A stretch of 64,000 bases of DNA, taken from positions 1,862 to 65,861 of the forward strand of contig CAWIIS010000008.1 of NCBI GenBank assembly GCA_963836175.1. The letters are read 5' to 3'. Position numbers and translations under genes: made by a program. This DNA comes from Nitrospirota bacterium (lineage in GTDB: Bacteria > Nitrospirota > UBA9217). The stretch's first letter is position 1. Each line of letters begins with the position of its first letter. Under the pieces are notes generated by a model. The model was not told where the DNA came from. It saw nothing but the letters and a program-made list of their open reading frames with translations, and made no database searches. Positions 31,701 through 40,251 of this stretch are shown piece after piece.

Positions 31701-32372
31701 ATGAAACGTAAAATAGGCACTTTGCTGACACTCTTTATCTGCCTTGTTTTCTTGTCCTTGATTCAAGCTGCGTCTGCTGACAATGCGAGTGCGGAGCAGA
31801 AGGAAAAGGCGGCGCTTTACATCTTGTCCAAGACCGACACGAACAGTGTTACAGACGGGGAGCTCGTACGGGTCTACCGGGAGGCTGATGCCAGTTTAAT
31901 ATTTCAGATCCGGGACGGGCTCGCATCACGGGGAATGAAAGTAAACATCGTGGAATCCGAGCAGGTCATCGCAGCGGACCCCACACGGTATGTTCTGCTC
32001 GTCAAGGTGGAGAAAATAGAGCTGGGCGCGAAAAGGCCGTTCGGCCGTACCGCAAAGGTGAAGGTCAGCTATACGGTGCAGAACAAGGACCGGTTCGATC
32101 TGATCAAGAGAACTCATGAAGAGACGTCTGTTCAGCGATGGGAGAATTGCGTAAAAAAGATCAGCGAGCAGCTCGTGGACGATGTGTCCAATGATGTGGC
32201 AAAGAAGCCGGTTTCCACCAAGCCGGAAGTTAAGCAGGATACAGAAAAGCAGGCGCCGGCCGGATCGTCGGCTGAGGCAAGACTTCAGGAACTCAAGAAT
32301 CTGAAGGCAAAAGGCCTGATAACGGAGAAGGAATATGAAGCAAAGCGGAAAGAAATTTTAAACGAGTTGTAA
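31701..32372 (+). CDS. Secreted protein with C-terminal SHOCT domain
   Basis: GGAAGGAGAG RBS. Signal peptide ...LIQAASA. C-terminal LQELKNLKAKGLITEKEYEAKRKEIL is the SHOCT motif. Confidence 0.6.
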   Translation: MKRKIGTLLTLFICLVFLSLIQAASADNASAEQKEKAALYILSKTDTNSVTDGELVRVYREADASLIFQIRDGLASRGMKVNIVESEQVIAADPTRYVLLVKVEKIELGAKRPFGRTAKVKVSYTVQNKDRFDLIKRTHEETSVQRWENCVKKISEQLVDDVSNDVAKKPVSTKPEVKQDTEKQAPAGSSAEARLQELKNLKAKGLITEKEYEAKRKEILNEL

Positions 32373-32416
32373 TTAGCTGGCTGGATGAAGGCGAAAGGGT
32401 TGAACTAAAGGAAGAC

Positions 32417-32959
32417 ATGTTGATACTTGATCCGAAAGGCAAACGCGGGTATCGCTCCGTTGTATTCGATGTGGAGACCACAGGGTTGTCAACAAGGCTG
32501 GGGGACAGGGTCATCGAGATCGGCGCAGTTGCCATCGAGGGGAACAAGGTCGTTGATGAGTTCCACAGCCTGATACAGGTCAACCAGCCGATTAATCCTT
32601 TTGCGCAGGCGGTGCACGGCATTACGAACGAGATGCTGAAAGGCCAGCCGACCGCCGATCTCGTCATGCCGAAATTTCACCAGTTCATCCGGAAAAGCCT
32701 TCTGGTGGCGCATAATGCGAGCTTCGATGTCAGGTTCATGAGCCACGAATTTTCCCTGTTAAAGCTTGATCTGAACAACGTCTGTTTCTGCACGTTGAAG
32801 CTCGGAAGAAGCATGTTCCCCGCGCTGGCGAGTCACGATCTGAAAACGCTCTATCAGCAGTTTTATAAGAAGCCGCCCAGGGAGATGCATCGTGCCCTGC
32901 AGGACGCGCAAACCACCGCAAAAATCTGGATGAAGATGGAGCGGAAGCTGCTCGTCTGA
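32417..32959 (+). CDS. DnaQ/DEDDh-family 3'-5' exonuclease (Pol III epsilon-like)
   Basis: ExoI VVFDVETTGL. ExoII LVAHNASFDVRF. ExoIII HRALQDAQTTA. Confidence 0.85.
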   Translation: MLILDPKGKRGYRSVVFDVETTGLSTRLGDRVIEIGAVAIEGNKVVDEFHSLIQVNQPINPFAQAVHGITNEMLKGQPTADLVMPKFHQFIRKSLLVAHNASFDVRFMSHEFSLLKLDLNNVCFCTLKLGRSMFPALASHDLKTLYQQFYKKPPREMHRALQDAQTTAKIWMKMERKLLV

Positions 32960-33052
32960 ATTAAAGCTATTACCTCACCTCGTGTTTCACTTCTTGTTTT
33001 GATTATGTGACTTATGTGCGTTCTGTGGCTAACCGCTGTTTAGCTGCTATTT

Positions 33053-33433
33053 TTATTTCCGAGCAGCATCGACGCTCCAGATCCCGCCGCCCTTTGTGGA
33101 GATGTACAGAAAAACGAAGCAGTACAGCGCCGCGAGCTCTCCGCTGTTCTGGATCGGCAGCATTGCCTTTGTCCCGTGCGCTATCCAATAGGCGAAGGCC
33201 ATCAGACCGCTTGCGAGGAACGCCGACCAGCGCGTGAACAGCCCGATCATGATCAGGATGCCTCCGATCAGCTCGATCGGGCCGGCGCCGTAGATTATGT
33301 AGCCGGGGACCCCCGCAGGCATTGCGCTGGGGATGCCGAAAAGCTTCTGCATGCCGTGCCAAAGAAAAAGAAAGCCAGCGACGATCCGCATCAAAGCGTA
33401 AGCCTGGGAATTGTAGTTCGACAATGATTTCAT
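33053..33433 (-). CDS. DoxX-family membrane protein
   Basis: ALMRIVAGFLFLWHGMQKLFG and LIGGILIMIGLFTRW are typical DoxX signatures. 126 aa, 4 TM. Confidence 0.8.
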   Translation of the reverse strand: MKSLSNYNSQAYALMRIVAGFLFLWHGMQKLFGIPSAMPAGVPGYIIYGAGPIELIGGILIMIGLFTRWSAFLASGLMAFAYWIAHGTKAMLPIQNSGELAALYCFVFLYISTKGGGIWSVDAARK

Positions 33434-33688
33434 GGGAGCACCTCCGGTGATAGTGTGGCGGAAAGATGTTCAACCGCCCGTTTAATCCGACAACATGGTT
33501 TGCGGCAATTTCCTGGCTACCAAACCTATTTGCGGCATCAGTCAATATGATGGATTCTGATCAGTACACCTACTACAGTGGATTCCGATTAGCCAGAATA
33601 ATTAGCGATTACCGGTTGAAACTTTCACATGAACGCCGCCGTGAGGAACGCGCCTTTTGCGTTTCTCTCGACGGCGGTGTTAAAACGT

Positions 33689-33919
33689 TCACGATGCTTT
33701 CTCAAGGCGCTCCGCCACCCAAACTTTGATGATCGACTGGCGGGGGACACCCAGGCGTTTTGCCTCTTTGTCCAATAATTGGATCATCCACACCGGAAAA
33801 TCGACGTTCACTCTTTTCTGTTCCTGCTCAGGCCTCTTTGCCTTTTTCACATCAAGGTGCTTCGATATATCCACACCTTCATCGAATTTCTTGTCGAAAT
33901 CACGCGCTTTCACTTTCAT
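33689..33919 (-). CDS. brnA: BrnA-type antitoxin (RHH/CopG-like)
   Basis: 76 aa. KRVNVDFPVWMIQLLDKEAKRLGVPRQSIIKVWVAERL. Overlaps the upstream toxin gene by 20 nt. Confidence 0.75.
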   Translation of the reverse strand: MKVKARDFDKKFDEGVDISKHLDVKKAKRPEQEQKRVNVDFPVWMIQLLDKEAKRLGVPRQSIIKVWVAERLEKAS

Positions 33920-34169
33920 AAATCTCCACCTCCTCTTTCCTGGATCGCCGCACCGATATAATCCTCATCTTATCGCCCCGATAGGTGATGACTCCCGACC
34001 AGTGCTTCCCCGCTATCTTTCCAATCACCAGATAGCGCGGCTCATCAATGGTGTGAACGGGAATCTCCATAAAATCAGGATCATCCCACAAAGCTTTCGC
34101 TTCATGGAAATCAAGCCCGTGCTTTTGTTTGTTGCTTTCGCTCTTTTTGGGGTCGAATTCGAATTCCAT
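33900..34169 (-). CDS. brnT: BrnT-type toxin (DUF497 ribonuclease)
   Basis: MEFEFDPKKSESNKQKHGLDFHEAKALWDDP ... RIISVRRSRKEE is the typical BrnT/DUF497 pattern. Confidence 0.75.
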   Translation of the reverse strand: MEFEFDPKKSESNKQKHGLDFHEAKALWDDPDFMEIPVHTIDEPRYLVIGKIAGKHWSGVITYRGDKMRIISVRRSRKEEVEIYESESA

Positions 34170-34279
34170 GGTATAGAAATTATACCTTAATTATACCGGC
34201 AGTCAAATGAATATTTGCAGTATTGTAGGGCGGGGATCGTGTGTAGTTCGCTACTGTTTAGAAAGAAGCATCGACAAAA

Positions 34280-34549
34280 CTATGGACGTCCAATGAACAA
34301 TAGCAAGCTGACACCTATAAAGCCGAGGCTTCCAATAAGGATGCCGACAATGCCTCTGGTGGTCTTACGTCCAACAATACATAGAGATAGTGAGAACAAA
34401 AATATGGTGAAGAAAAACCAAAGAGAATTCCACCATTTTGCTTCACGGGCAGAAAAACAGATCAGAAACCAAGCCAATCCAGCGACAGCAAGCACAACGC
34501 CTGCCGTGCCGCACGTACTGTTCCATTTCGAGAGATCAAATTTATTCAC
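34280..34549 (-). CDS. Hypothetical small membrane protein (3 TM)
   Basis: Only hydrophobicity (GVVLAVAGLAWFLICF, LWFFFTIFLFSLSLCIV, GILIGSLGFIGVSLLLFI). No recognisable family. Confidence 0.4.
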   Translation of the reverse strand: MNKFDLSKWNSTCGTAGVVLAVAGLAWFLICFSAREAKWWNSLWFFFTIFLFSLSLCIVGRKTTRGIVGILIGSLGFIGVSLLLFIGRP

Positions 34550-34757
34550 AATCAGAACATGCCTTTCATGCCGCTATTTCTATCCCTTTAACAAGTTGTT
34601 TACTATCCCCCTTGTTTTTAGGTCTTTACTATGGGGGATAGTAAAGCACGGATTTCCGTTCTTTACCAGCCTAGCAACGAACATGCCAAAGCACTCGAAT
34701 TAGCATGCACAACTATATGCTTGATCTAAGTCGATGTCAACGAAACCGATGGGGTAT

Positions 34758-36166
34758 GTCAACCCAAAGTAGAAATGTCCTACTCTTACCAAGATAGAAA
34801 TGTCCGCTTTTTAAGAAGCAATAGGAAATTGTACGTTTGCTCTGCGGAGTCTCTTCCAGGGATGATCTGATGGTTGATACCGACTTGTCGGTTTCTTAAT
34901 GACTGCCGGTGTTTTAGGGTTTTCTTTTGCTGGCCGTGTTTTGATCTCCCGGTATGTTAATTCCAAACCCCTGTGAGTGATATGCAGAGATCCATCGAGT
35001 CGTTCTTCCACCGCGACCTTTTTAGTCTTTATAGCGTCTTTGATCTGGTACAGTTTGCCATTATAAGCTATGGTGAAATCGTTTCGTAGCGTACGCTCCT
35101 CTCGAATGCAGAAGATCTTGTCGAGTTCCCTTATGGATAGCGCGCGTTGGTGTACATCGACTGCAGAAACGGGTTTTACCTTGAATTTCGCATTGTATAT
35201 TGGATGATACTTTATCAGGAATTCGTTTGCCTGCACGACACTATTTACCCTGGCAAGCCTCATCTCTTTAACCAATCGATCCTGGAGTGTTCGAAAACTT
35301 CTTTCTACCCTCCCTTTTGCCTGGGGTGAATTCGCATGGATGACCGTTACTCCGAGTTCGGTTAGACTCCGTTCAAACTGGCTCATGGGTTTTTTATCTT
35401 CCAACTCATCCTCGATGCTCTGCTTGGCATTGGATTTATACGTTGAGTGCTTGTCCAAATAAACGCTCTGTGGAATGCCGTAGCGCTTTATATACCGCTT
35501 GAAGCTGTCCATGGCTGGCATGGTCCCCTCATAGTCATAAAAGCGCCCATACACCGTTCCTGTGGCATCATCGATATATCCCATTAATACGCACTCAGGG
35601 CCTCGGCCTTCGAACCAGTCATGAGGGGAGCCATCCATCTGGATCATTTCACCGAAATGGTGCTTTCTCTCGCGCCACTGCCGGTGCTTTCGACCCTTCC
35701 GCTTCTCATAGGGGATGCTTTCCTGATTAAGCCATAGACGAAGGGTTTCGTCGCTAAGCTTGATTTCATGAACATCAAGAAGCTTCTCGCAGGCAAAGGT
35801 CGGGCCAAAATCACCGTATTTCTCCCGATACAACTTGAGTGTTTTGTCTTTGACCTTCTGAGGGAAGCGACGATTCGAGGCTTTGCCGCGAGAACGATGG
35901 CTAATGCCATCGTCTCCCTCCTTCCGTACTCGCTTAAGTATCCGCCTAATCTGCCTGCTGCTCAAGCCTATGAGTTCAGCAGCCGTCTTCTGCGTAATCC
36001 GTCTATCCAACGCCTGGTGGATAATGTGCAGTCTTTTTGTCTCTCTTCTGCTCATTGTTATCATGTCCTTGTCCGTCACAGTACCCTCCAATAACGTCAG
36101 GGTATTGTAACTTAGAATAGGACATTTCTACTTTGGCAGAATAGGACATTATCATTTTGGGAGCAC
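34758..36166 (-). mobile_element. Intact IS element (ISNCY/IS1202-like), 1409 bp, with imperfect ~45-bp terminal inverted repeats and an 18-bp direct target duplication
   Basis: Left end GTCAACCCAAAGTAGAAATGTCCTACTCTTACCAAGATAGAAATGTCC. Reverse complement of right end GTGCTCCCAAAATGATAATGTCCTATTCTGCCAAAGTAGAAATGTCC. ACGAAACCGATGGGGTAT occurs at 34740-34757 and 36167-36184. Confidence 0.8.
34811..36091 (-). CDS. ISNCY-family (IS1202-group-like) DDE transposase
   Basis: N-terminal HTH ITMSRRETKRLHIIHQAL...AAELIGLSSRQIRRILKR. Integrase core WRERKHHFGEMIQMDGSPHDWF...YLDKHSTY...SPQAKGRVERSFRTLQDRL. The true start may be the internal Met at 36064. Confidence 0.8.
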   Translation of the reverse strand: MEGTVTDKDMITMSRRETKRLHIIHQALDRRITQKTAAELIGLSSRQIRRILKRVRKEGDDGISHRSRGKASNRRFPQKVKDKTLKLYREKYGDFGPTFACEKLLDVHEIKLSDETLRLWLNQESIPYEKRKGRKHRQWRERKHHFGEMIQMDGSPHDWFEGRGPECVLMGYIDDATGTVYGRFYDYEGTMPAMDSFKRYIKRYGIPQSVYLDKHSTYKSNAKQSIEDELEDKKPMSQFERSLTELGVTVIHANSPQAKGRVERSFRTLQDRLVKEMRLARVNSVVQANEFLIKYHPIYNAKFKVKPVSAVDVHQRALSIRELDKIFCIREERTLRNDFTIAYNGKLYQIKDAIKTKKVAVEERLDGSLHITHRGLELTYREIKTRPAKENPKTPAVIKKPTSRYQPSDHPWKRLRRANVQFPIAS

Positions 36167-36280
36167 ACGAAACCGATGGGGTATTTTAAGGGTATCCAAC
36201 AGATACAGAATGTAACATGAAAGTTTCATAGAAGGGCAACTACAAGGACTTCAGGAAGTACATTCCAAGACGCAGACCCG

Positions 36281-36643
36281 TCACGTTGTTCCCTGCCGGG
36301 TGACGATCATATCGAACAGCTTTTCGAAAGCGTCGAACCACTTGTCATGCGAGATCGCGTGGATGGAGGCGCCGGTGATGAAGGTGTCCTTGTTGTCGTA
36401 GCAATACATCACCTCGATCTCGAACTTGATCTCCCGGGGAGTGGCCGTGTTGACCCGCAGGCAGCATTCGGTGCGGTCTCCCGCGGTAAACTGCCGGGAG
36501 CATTCGAACAGGATGCCGTTCCGGCTGAAATTGCCGATGACCGCTGTGACCTGTTCCCGATCCTGCTTCACCGTGAACGCGAGGTATTTCCGGCATGGGT
36601 CTGGAATTTCATGCCGTTGCTCTTTACGATTGCCGATCGTCAT
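36281..36643 (-). CDS. PilZ-domain protein (putative c-di-GMP receptor)
   Basis: RxxxR motif (RKEQR) near the N-terminus and N-x-S-x-x-G motif (NFSRNG) about 30 aa later. Confidence 0.6.
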   Translation of the reverse strand: MTIGNRKEQRHEIPDPCRKYLAFTVKQDREQVTAVIGNFSRNGILFECSRQFTAGDRTECCLRVNTATPREIKFEIEVMYCYDNKDTFITGASIHAISHDKWFDAFEKLFDMIVTRQGTT

Positions 36644-36850
36644 GAGGCCGTCCTATCGGGGAGCGCCGATGCGCCTGATGCGTCCCAATTCCGAAGAAAC
36701 TTATACTTCGCAAAAGTATATAGTAATTCGCTTGCATGATAAAGAATAAAAGACTGGTGATGTCGTGGAGTGTTCAAGGTTTTTCAACCTGGTCGATCAA
36801 ACCCCTGACCCCCCACGGCAAAGAACTTCGGGTCCACGGTATCAAGGCAG

Positions 36851-36884
36851 TCCCAAAAAAAGGGACCCTTCATCGAAGGATCCC
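36851..36884 (-). terminator. Rho-independent terminator after the flavoprotein gene
   Basis: Minus strand reads GGGATCCTTCGATGAAGGGTCCC followed by TTTTTTT. Confidence 0.65.
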
Positions 36885-36927
36885 TTTGCGGATATCATTC
36901 ACAGCGCTTTGCGTAAAGACCATCAGA

Positions 36928-37497
36928 TCACGTCCCCAGCCGCTTCCCCGCTTCATACGCTTCTTGCAAGGCCGTCGGATGTTTTTGCACATCTCCTTTT
37001 GCGTCAACACCGCCGAAGAAGAGCGTCTCATGCTCGGGAACGCTGCAGGTCCTGAAGAACCCTTTTGCCACGGCTTCAGCACACTGCCTGCCGTCGTCCT
37101 TTTTCATGCCGCCTACCAGCAGGAGCAGGCCTTTTCTTCCGTGCGGCCCTGCGGGAATGATCTTCTTGAGCAGGTATTTCTCGCACCAGAAGGCCTGGCA
37201 CCGGTCGACCATCGCTTTGGACTGGGCGCTCAGGCTGTAGAAAAAGATCGGGGAGGCCAGGATGATCCTGTCGGCCTCCCTGATGGCGGCATATATTTCG
37301 GTCATCGCGTCCAGGTGAATGCAGATGCCTGTTTTTGTGCACCCGCCGCAGTCCTGGCAGGGTTTGAAGTCCATGGTGTTCAGTTTGAAGATGGTGATCT
37401 CATGACCGGCTTCACGGAGCGGTTTCAGCGCCTCTTCCAGCAGGACCTCCGTATTACCGCCAAGGCGCGGACTGCCGTTGAACGCGACGATCTTCAC
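36928..37497 (-). CDS. Iron-sulfur flavoprotein / NADPH-dependent FMN reductase family
   Basis: MKIVAFNGSPRLGGNT flavodoxin-like start and compact Cys motif CQDCGGCTKTGIC. Confidence 0.75.
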   Translation of the reverse strand: MKIVAFNGSPRLGGNTEVLLEEALKPLREAGHEITIFKLNTMDFKPCQDCGGCTKTGICIHLDAMTEIYAAIREADRIILASPIFFYSLSAQSKAMVDRCQAFWCEKYLLKKIIPAGPHGRKGLLLLVGGMKKDDGRQCAEAVAKGFFRTCSVPEHETLFFGGVDAKGDVQKHPTALQEAYEAGKRLGT

Positions 37498-37500
37498 CCG

Positions 37501-37995
37501 TTATTCCGCCTTGTGGAACGCCGGTTTCTTTGATTTGCAGACCGGGCATTCGTCCGGAGCTTCGCCTTCTGCAGTGTAGCCGCAGACCGAACAGACATAA
37601 TAGTCGGTATCAACGTTCTTGCCGAGCGTGTCGAGCGCCTTCTGGTACAGGGCGGCATGGATCTTCTCCACCTCGTTGGCGTAGTTGAAGCTCTTGAGCG
37701 CGCCTGCGTTGTTCTCCGCTTCGGCGTCGGCGATCATCCGGGGATACATGTTCTGGAACTCATAGGACTCGCCGCTGATTGCGGCCATAAGGTTCTCTTT
37801 CGTTGACTTGACCACGCCGAGCTCGCGCAAATGATTATGGGCATGGACCGTCTCGGCTGCTGCCGCGGCCCTGAACAATTTCGCCGCCTGTTTAAAACCC
37901 TCAGCCTCCGCTATTTTGGCAAAGGCGAGATACTTCCGGTTTGCCTGGGACTCGCCGGCAAAGGCATCCTGCAGGTTCTTTTCGGTTTTTGACAT
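37501..37995 (-). CDS. rbr: Rubrerythrin
   Basis: Di-iron four-helix motifs (AGESQANRKY, ETVHAHNH) and a C-terminal rubredoxin-like CSVCGY...CPVC. Confidence 0.9.
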   Translation of the reverse strand: MSKTEKNLQDAFAGESQANRKYLAFAKIAEAEGFKQAAKLFRAAAAAETVHAHNHLRELGVVKSTKENLMAAISGESYEFQNMYPRMIADAEAENNAGALKSFNYANEVEKIHAALYQKALDTLGKNVDTDYYVCSVCGYTAEGEAPDECPVCKSKKPAFHKAE

Positions 37996-38061
37996 CGTGT
38001 GGTTCTCCTTTCAATAATGCATATGCACGCTGTTTTGGTTTTTGTTACGTCCCGATGAAGG

Positions 38062-38103
38062 GGTAGGCGGGGGTGGGAACAACCTGCTTACCTCACCCCC
38101 GCC
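38062..38103 (-). terminator. GC-rich hairpin between SOD and rubrerythrin genes (terminator-like, no clear U-tract)
   Basis: GGCGGGGGTG (38066-38075) pairs perfectly with CACCCCCGCC (38094-38103). Confidence 0.35.
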
Positions 38104-38121
38104 CGGGGGGAAACCGAGGTC

Positions 38122-38700
38122 TTATTTTATCCGTGCTTCAGCAGCGGACCAGTTGATGTTCTTGAAGAAAGCTTCGATATAGTCCGCGCGCTTTAAACCG
38201 TAATCGATCATAAAGGCATGTTCAAAGACGTCCATGATCAAAAGGAGGGTGCAGCCTGCCGGGTGGGACACGTCATGCTCGTTGATCCAGAAATTGATAA
38301 GCCTTCCCGAGGCCGGGTCCTGGTAGAGCGCGACCCAGCCGATGCCGCGCATGGCTCCGGTTGCCCGGAAGTCCTTTTCCCAGGCTTCGTAGCTCCCGAA
38401 GCTTTCAACGATCTTTTTGCCGAGCTTGCCGTCTTTGTTGAGCCCTGCCGTTCCGCCCAGGTTCTCGAAATAATATTCATGGAGCCGCATGCCGTTGAAC
38501 TCCCAGCCGAGCCTGCGCTTCAATTCCGCGAATTCAGGCGCCGCGGTCTTGCCGTCCTTGGTCATCTGGTCGAGCGTATCGAGCACCTTGTTCGTGTTCG
38601 TCACATAGCCCTGATAGAGGGTGAAATGGTTCTTGAGCAGGGTCTCGCTGAATCCGGCCATTCCTATAAGCTTTGCATAATCCTTTGGCGCGTATGCCAT
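38122..38700 (-). CDS. Fe/Mn-family superoxide dismutase
   Basis: C-terminal metal-ligand motif DVFEHAFMIDY. N-terminal HFTLYQGYV helical hairpin region. 192 aa. Confidence 0.85.
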   Translation of the reverse strand: MAYAPKDYAKLIGMAGFSETLLKNHFTLYQGYVTNTNKVLDTLDQMTKDGKTAAPEFAELKRRLGWEFNGMRLHEYYFENLGGTAGLNKDGKLGKKIVESFGSYEAWEKDFRATGAMRGIGWVALYQDPASGRLINFWINEHDVSHPAGCTLLLIMDVFEHAFMIDYGLKRADYIEAFFKNINWSAAEARIK

Positions 38701-39132
38701 GATGTGTTCCTCCCTTTGTTATGAAGTGCGCTCTTGATAAGCTAAAGTATAGCAGAAGAGCGTTCTGCCATTCCACCTGTTCAATGAATCCTTGCCCGCA
38801 CTGAAGCTTTCCTTTTGCGCCCTGGCTTGCGGCTTTGCGAGAGTCTTTTGGTTCTCGCTTTTGGTTCCGGTTTGTCCGGGTTATAAGTCGTGCTGTGTGA
38901 GTCACTAAAAGCAGTAACTTAAATTAGAATGATTTTAAAATAGATTGGCCTGCTTGTCAACTTATTTTCTCTTGCCGGACATCACCTTCAGACTGCTGCG
39001 TGCCTATTAAATGGTCAGATGCTTAAATCAGCGCCTGGAACTTTCCGCCCTTCTGCCTTATGATTCCCGATGATACATGAAATTGTTACATTAAATTAAC
39101 CATATAGCATGCACTGTTCTAACCAGACGAGG

Positions 39133-39148
39133 TGGCACGGGCCTTGCT
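39133..39148 (+). promoter_or_regulatory. Orphan sigma-54 promoter (perfect consensus) with no ORF downstream
   Basis: TGGCAC-GGGCC-TTGCT. Downstream are only about 80 nt before the 3' end of the convergent eamA-like gene. Confidence 0.6.
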
Positions 39149-39229
39149 ATATTAAAATGCATATGCCTTTTTCGTAATATCAGGGATTCTGCAGAAGGGA
39201 AGGTTTTTTGAGGGTGAAGAAATGTTTAT

Positions 39230-40102
39230 TCAGCGGTCTGAACCTGTCTGCACAAGGTAGACCCCGGCAAGGATGGAGCAGCCGCCGAGGATCTGCAGGA
39301 ATGTGATCTGCTCCTGCAGGAAGAGGGCTGCGAACGCGACTGCAACAAAGGGCACGAGGTAGTGATAGACGATCGTTCTGGTGACGCCGAGCTGCTGCAC
39401 GCCCTGATACCAGAGCGTGTAGGCGAGTCCCCCGCCTAGAAAAGCGGCAAAGCCGAGCGCACCCCAGGATTGCATTGAGATCGATAACCATGGCTGGGAT
39501 GCAAGCTCGGGCAAGGACAGCGGGAGCAGGAGGATGGTCCCGGCGGCCATGCTGTATGCCGTAATTTTTATCGGGGAGTATTGCTGAAGCAGTGGTTTGG
39601 CCCGGAGGGTGTACAGCGCCCAGGAAAAGGAAGCTGCAAGGGTCAGGAGATCGCCGGAGAGCGCCTGCCAGGTAAAATGGAGGCCGCCGGTCCTCGTCCA
39701 TATGATCAAAACCGCGCCGAGGAACGACAGAAAAAGCCCCGAAGCGCTTTTGGCGGGCAAGCGCTCTTTCTTCGTAACAAGCTGCGTCATTGCAGCGAAC
39801 AGGGGCGACATGGCGATGAACAGGGCCGAGTTGGACGCGGTCGTATATTTGAGCCCATACATGAACAGGATGCTGTAGAGGGTGATGCCGATGAAGCCGA
39901 GCACGATGACCGCGGCGAAGTCGCGGCGCTTCATGCCGAGGGATTCGCGGGTCAACGCCATGACACCGAAGAGGAACAGTGCCGCAAGTGCAAAGCGGAT
40001 CACCGTAAATCCGAGCGGGTAGAAATCGGCAAGCGCGAACTTGATCAGGGAAAAGTTCACGCCCCAGATGACTGCCACGAGTATGAGGCGAAGATTCAAC
40101 AT
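39230..40102 (-). CDS. EamA/DMT-family transporter
   Basis: 10 TM helices and two EamA repeats (LVAVIWGVNFSLIKFAL ... FSWALYTL). Confidence 0.8.
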   Translation of the reverse strand: MLNLRLILVAVIWGVNFSLIKFALADFYPLGFTVIRFALAALFLFGVMALTRESLGMKRRDFAAVIVLGFIGITLYSILFMYGLKYTTASNSALFIAMSPLFAAMTQLVTKKERLPAKSASGLFLSFLGAVLIIWTRTGGLHFTWQALSGDLLTLAASFSWALYTLRAKPLLQQYSPIKITAYSMAAGTILLLPLSLPELASQPWLSISMQSWGALGFAAFLGGGLAYTLWYQGVQQLGVTRTIVYHYLVPFVAVAFAALFLQEQITFLQILGGCSILAGVYLVQTGSDR

Positions 40103-40105
40103 AAG

Positions 40106-40207
40106 AATTGCGGATTGCGGATTTCGGATTGCGGAATGAACAGCAGAAAAAAGCAGGGCAGTGCGTTTTGGTTTAAATCCGAAATCCGCAATCCGAAATC
40201 CGCAATT
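40106..40207. repeat. GGATT-heptad hairpin element, copy A1
   Basis: Left arm AATTGCGG ATTGCGG ATTTCGG ATTGCGG AATG. Right arm AATCCGAAATCCGCAATCCGAAATCCGCAATT. About 40-nt loop. Confidence 0.75.
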
Positions 40208-40251
40208 GAGGACGACTATATCATAAATTACCTTGAATCATCAAATGGTAT

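Noticed and set aside
33012-33545. 177-aa minus-strand ORF overlapping doxX in another frame
   Set aside because: The DoxX frame (33053-33433) carries clear family signatures, while this frame is Arg-rich junk.
34215-34703. 162-aa plus-strand ORF
   Set aside because: It is antisense to a hydrophobic membrane-protein ORF. Its translation is basic and low-complexity, with no RBS.
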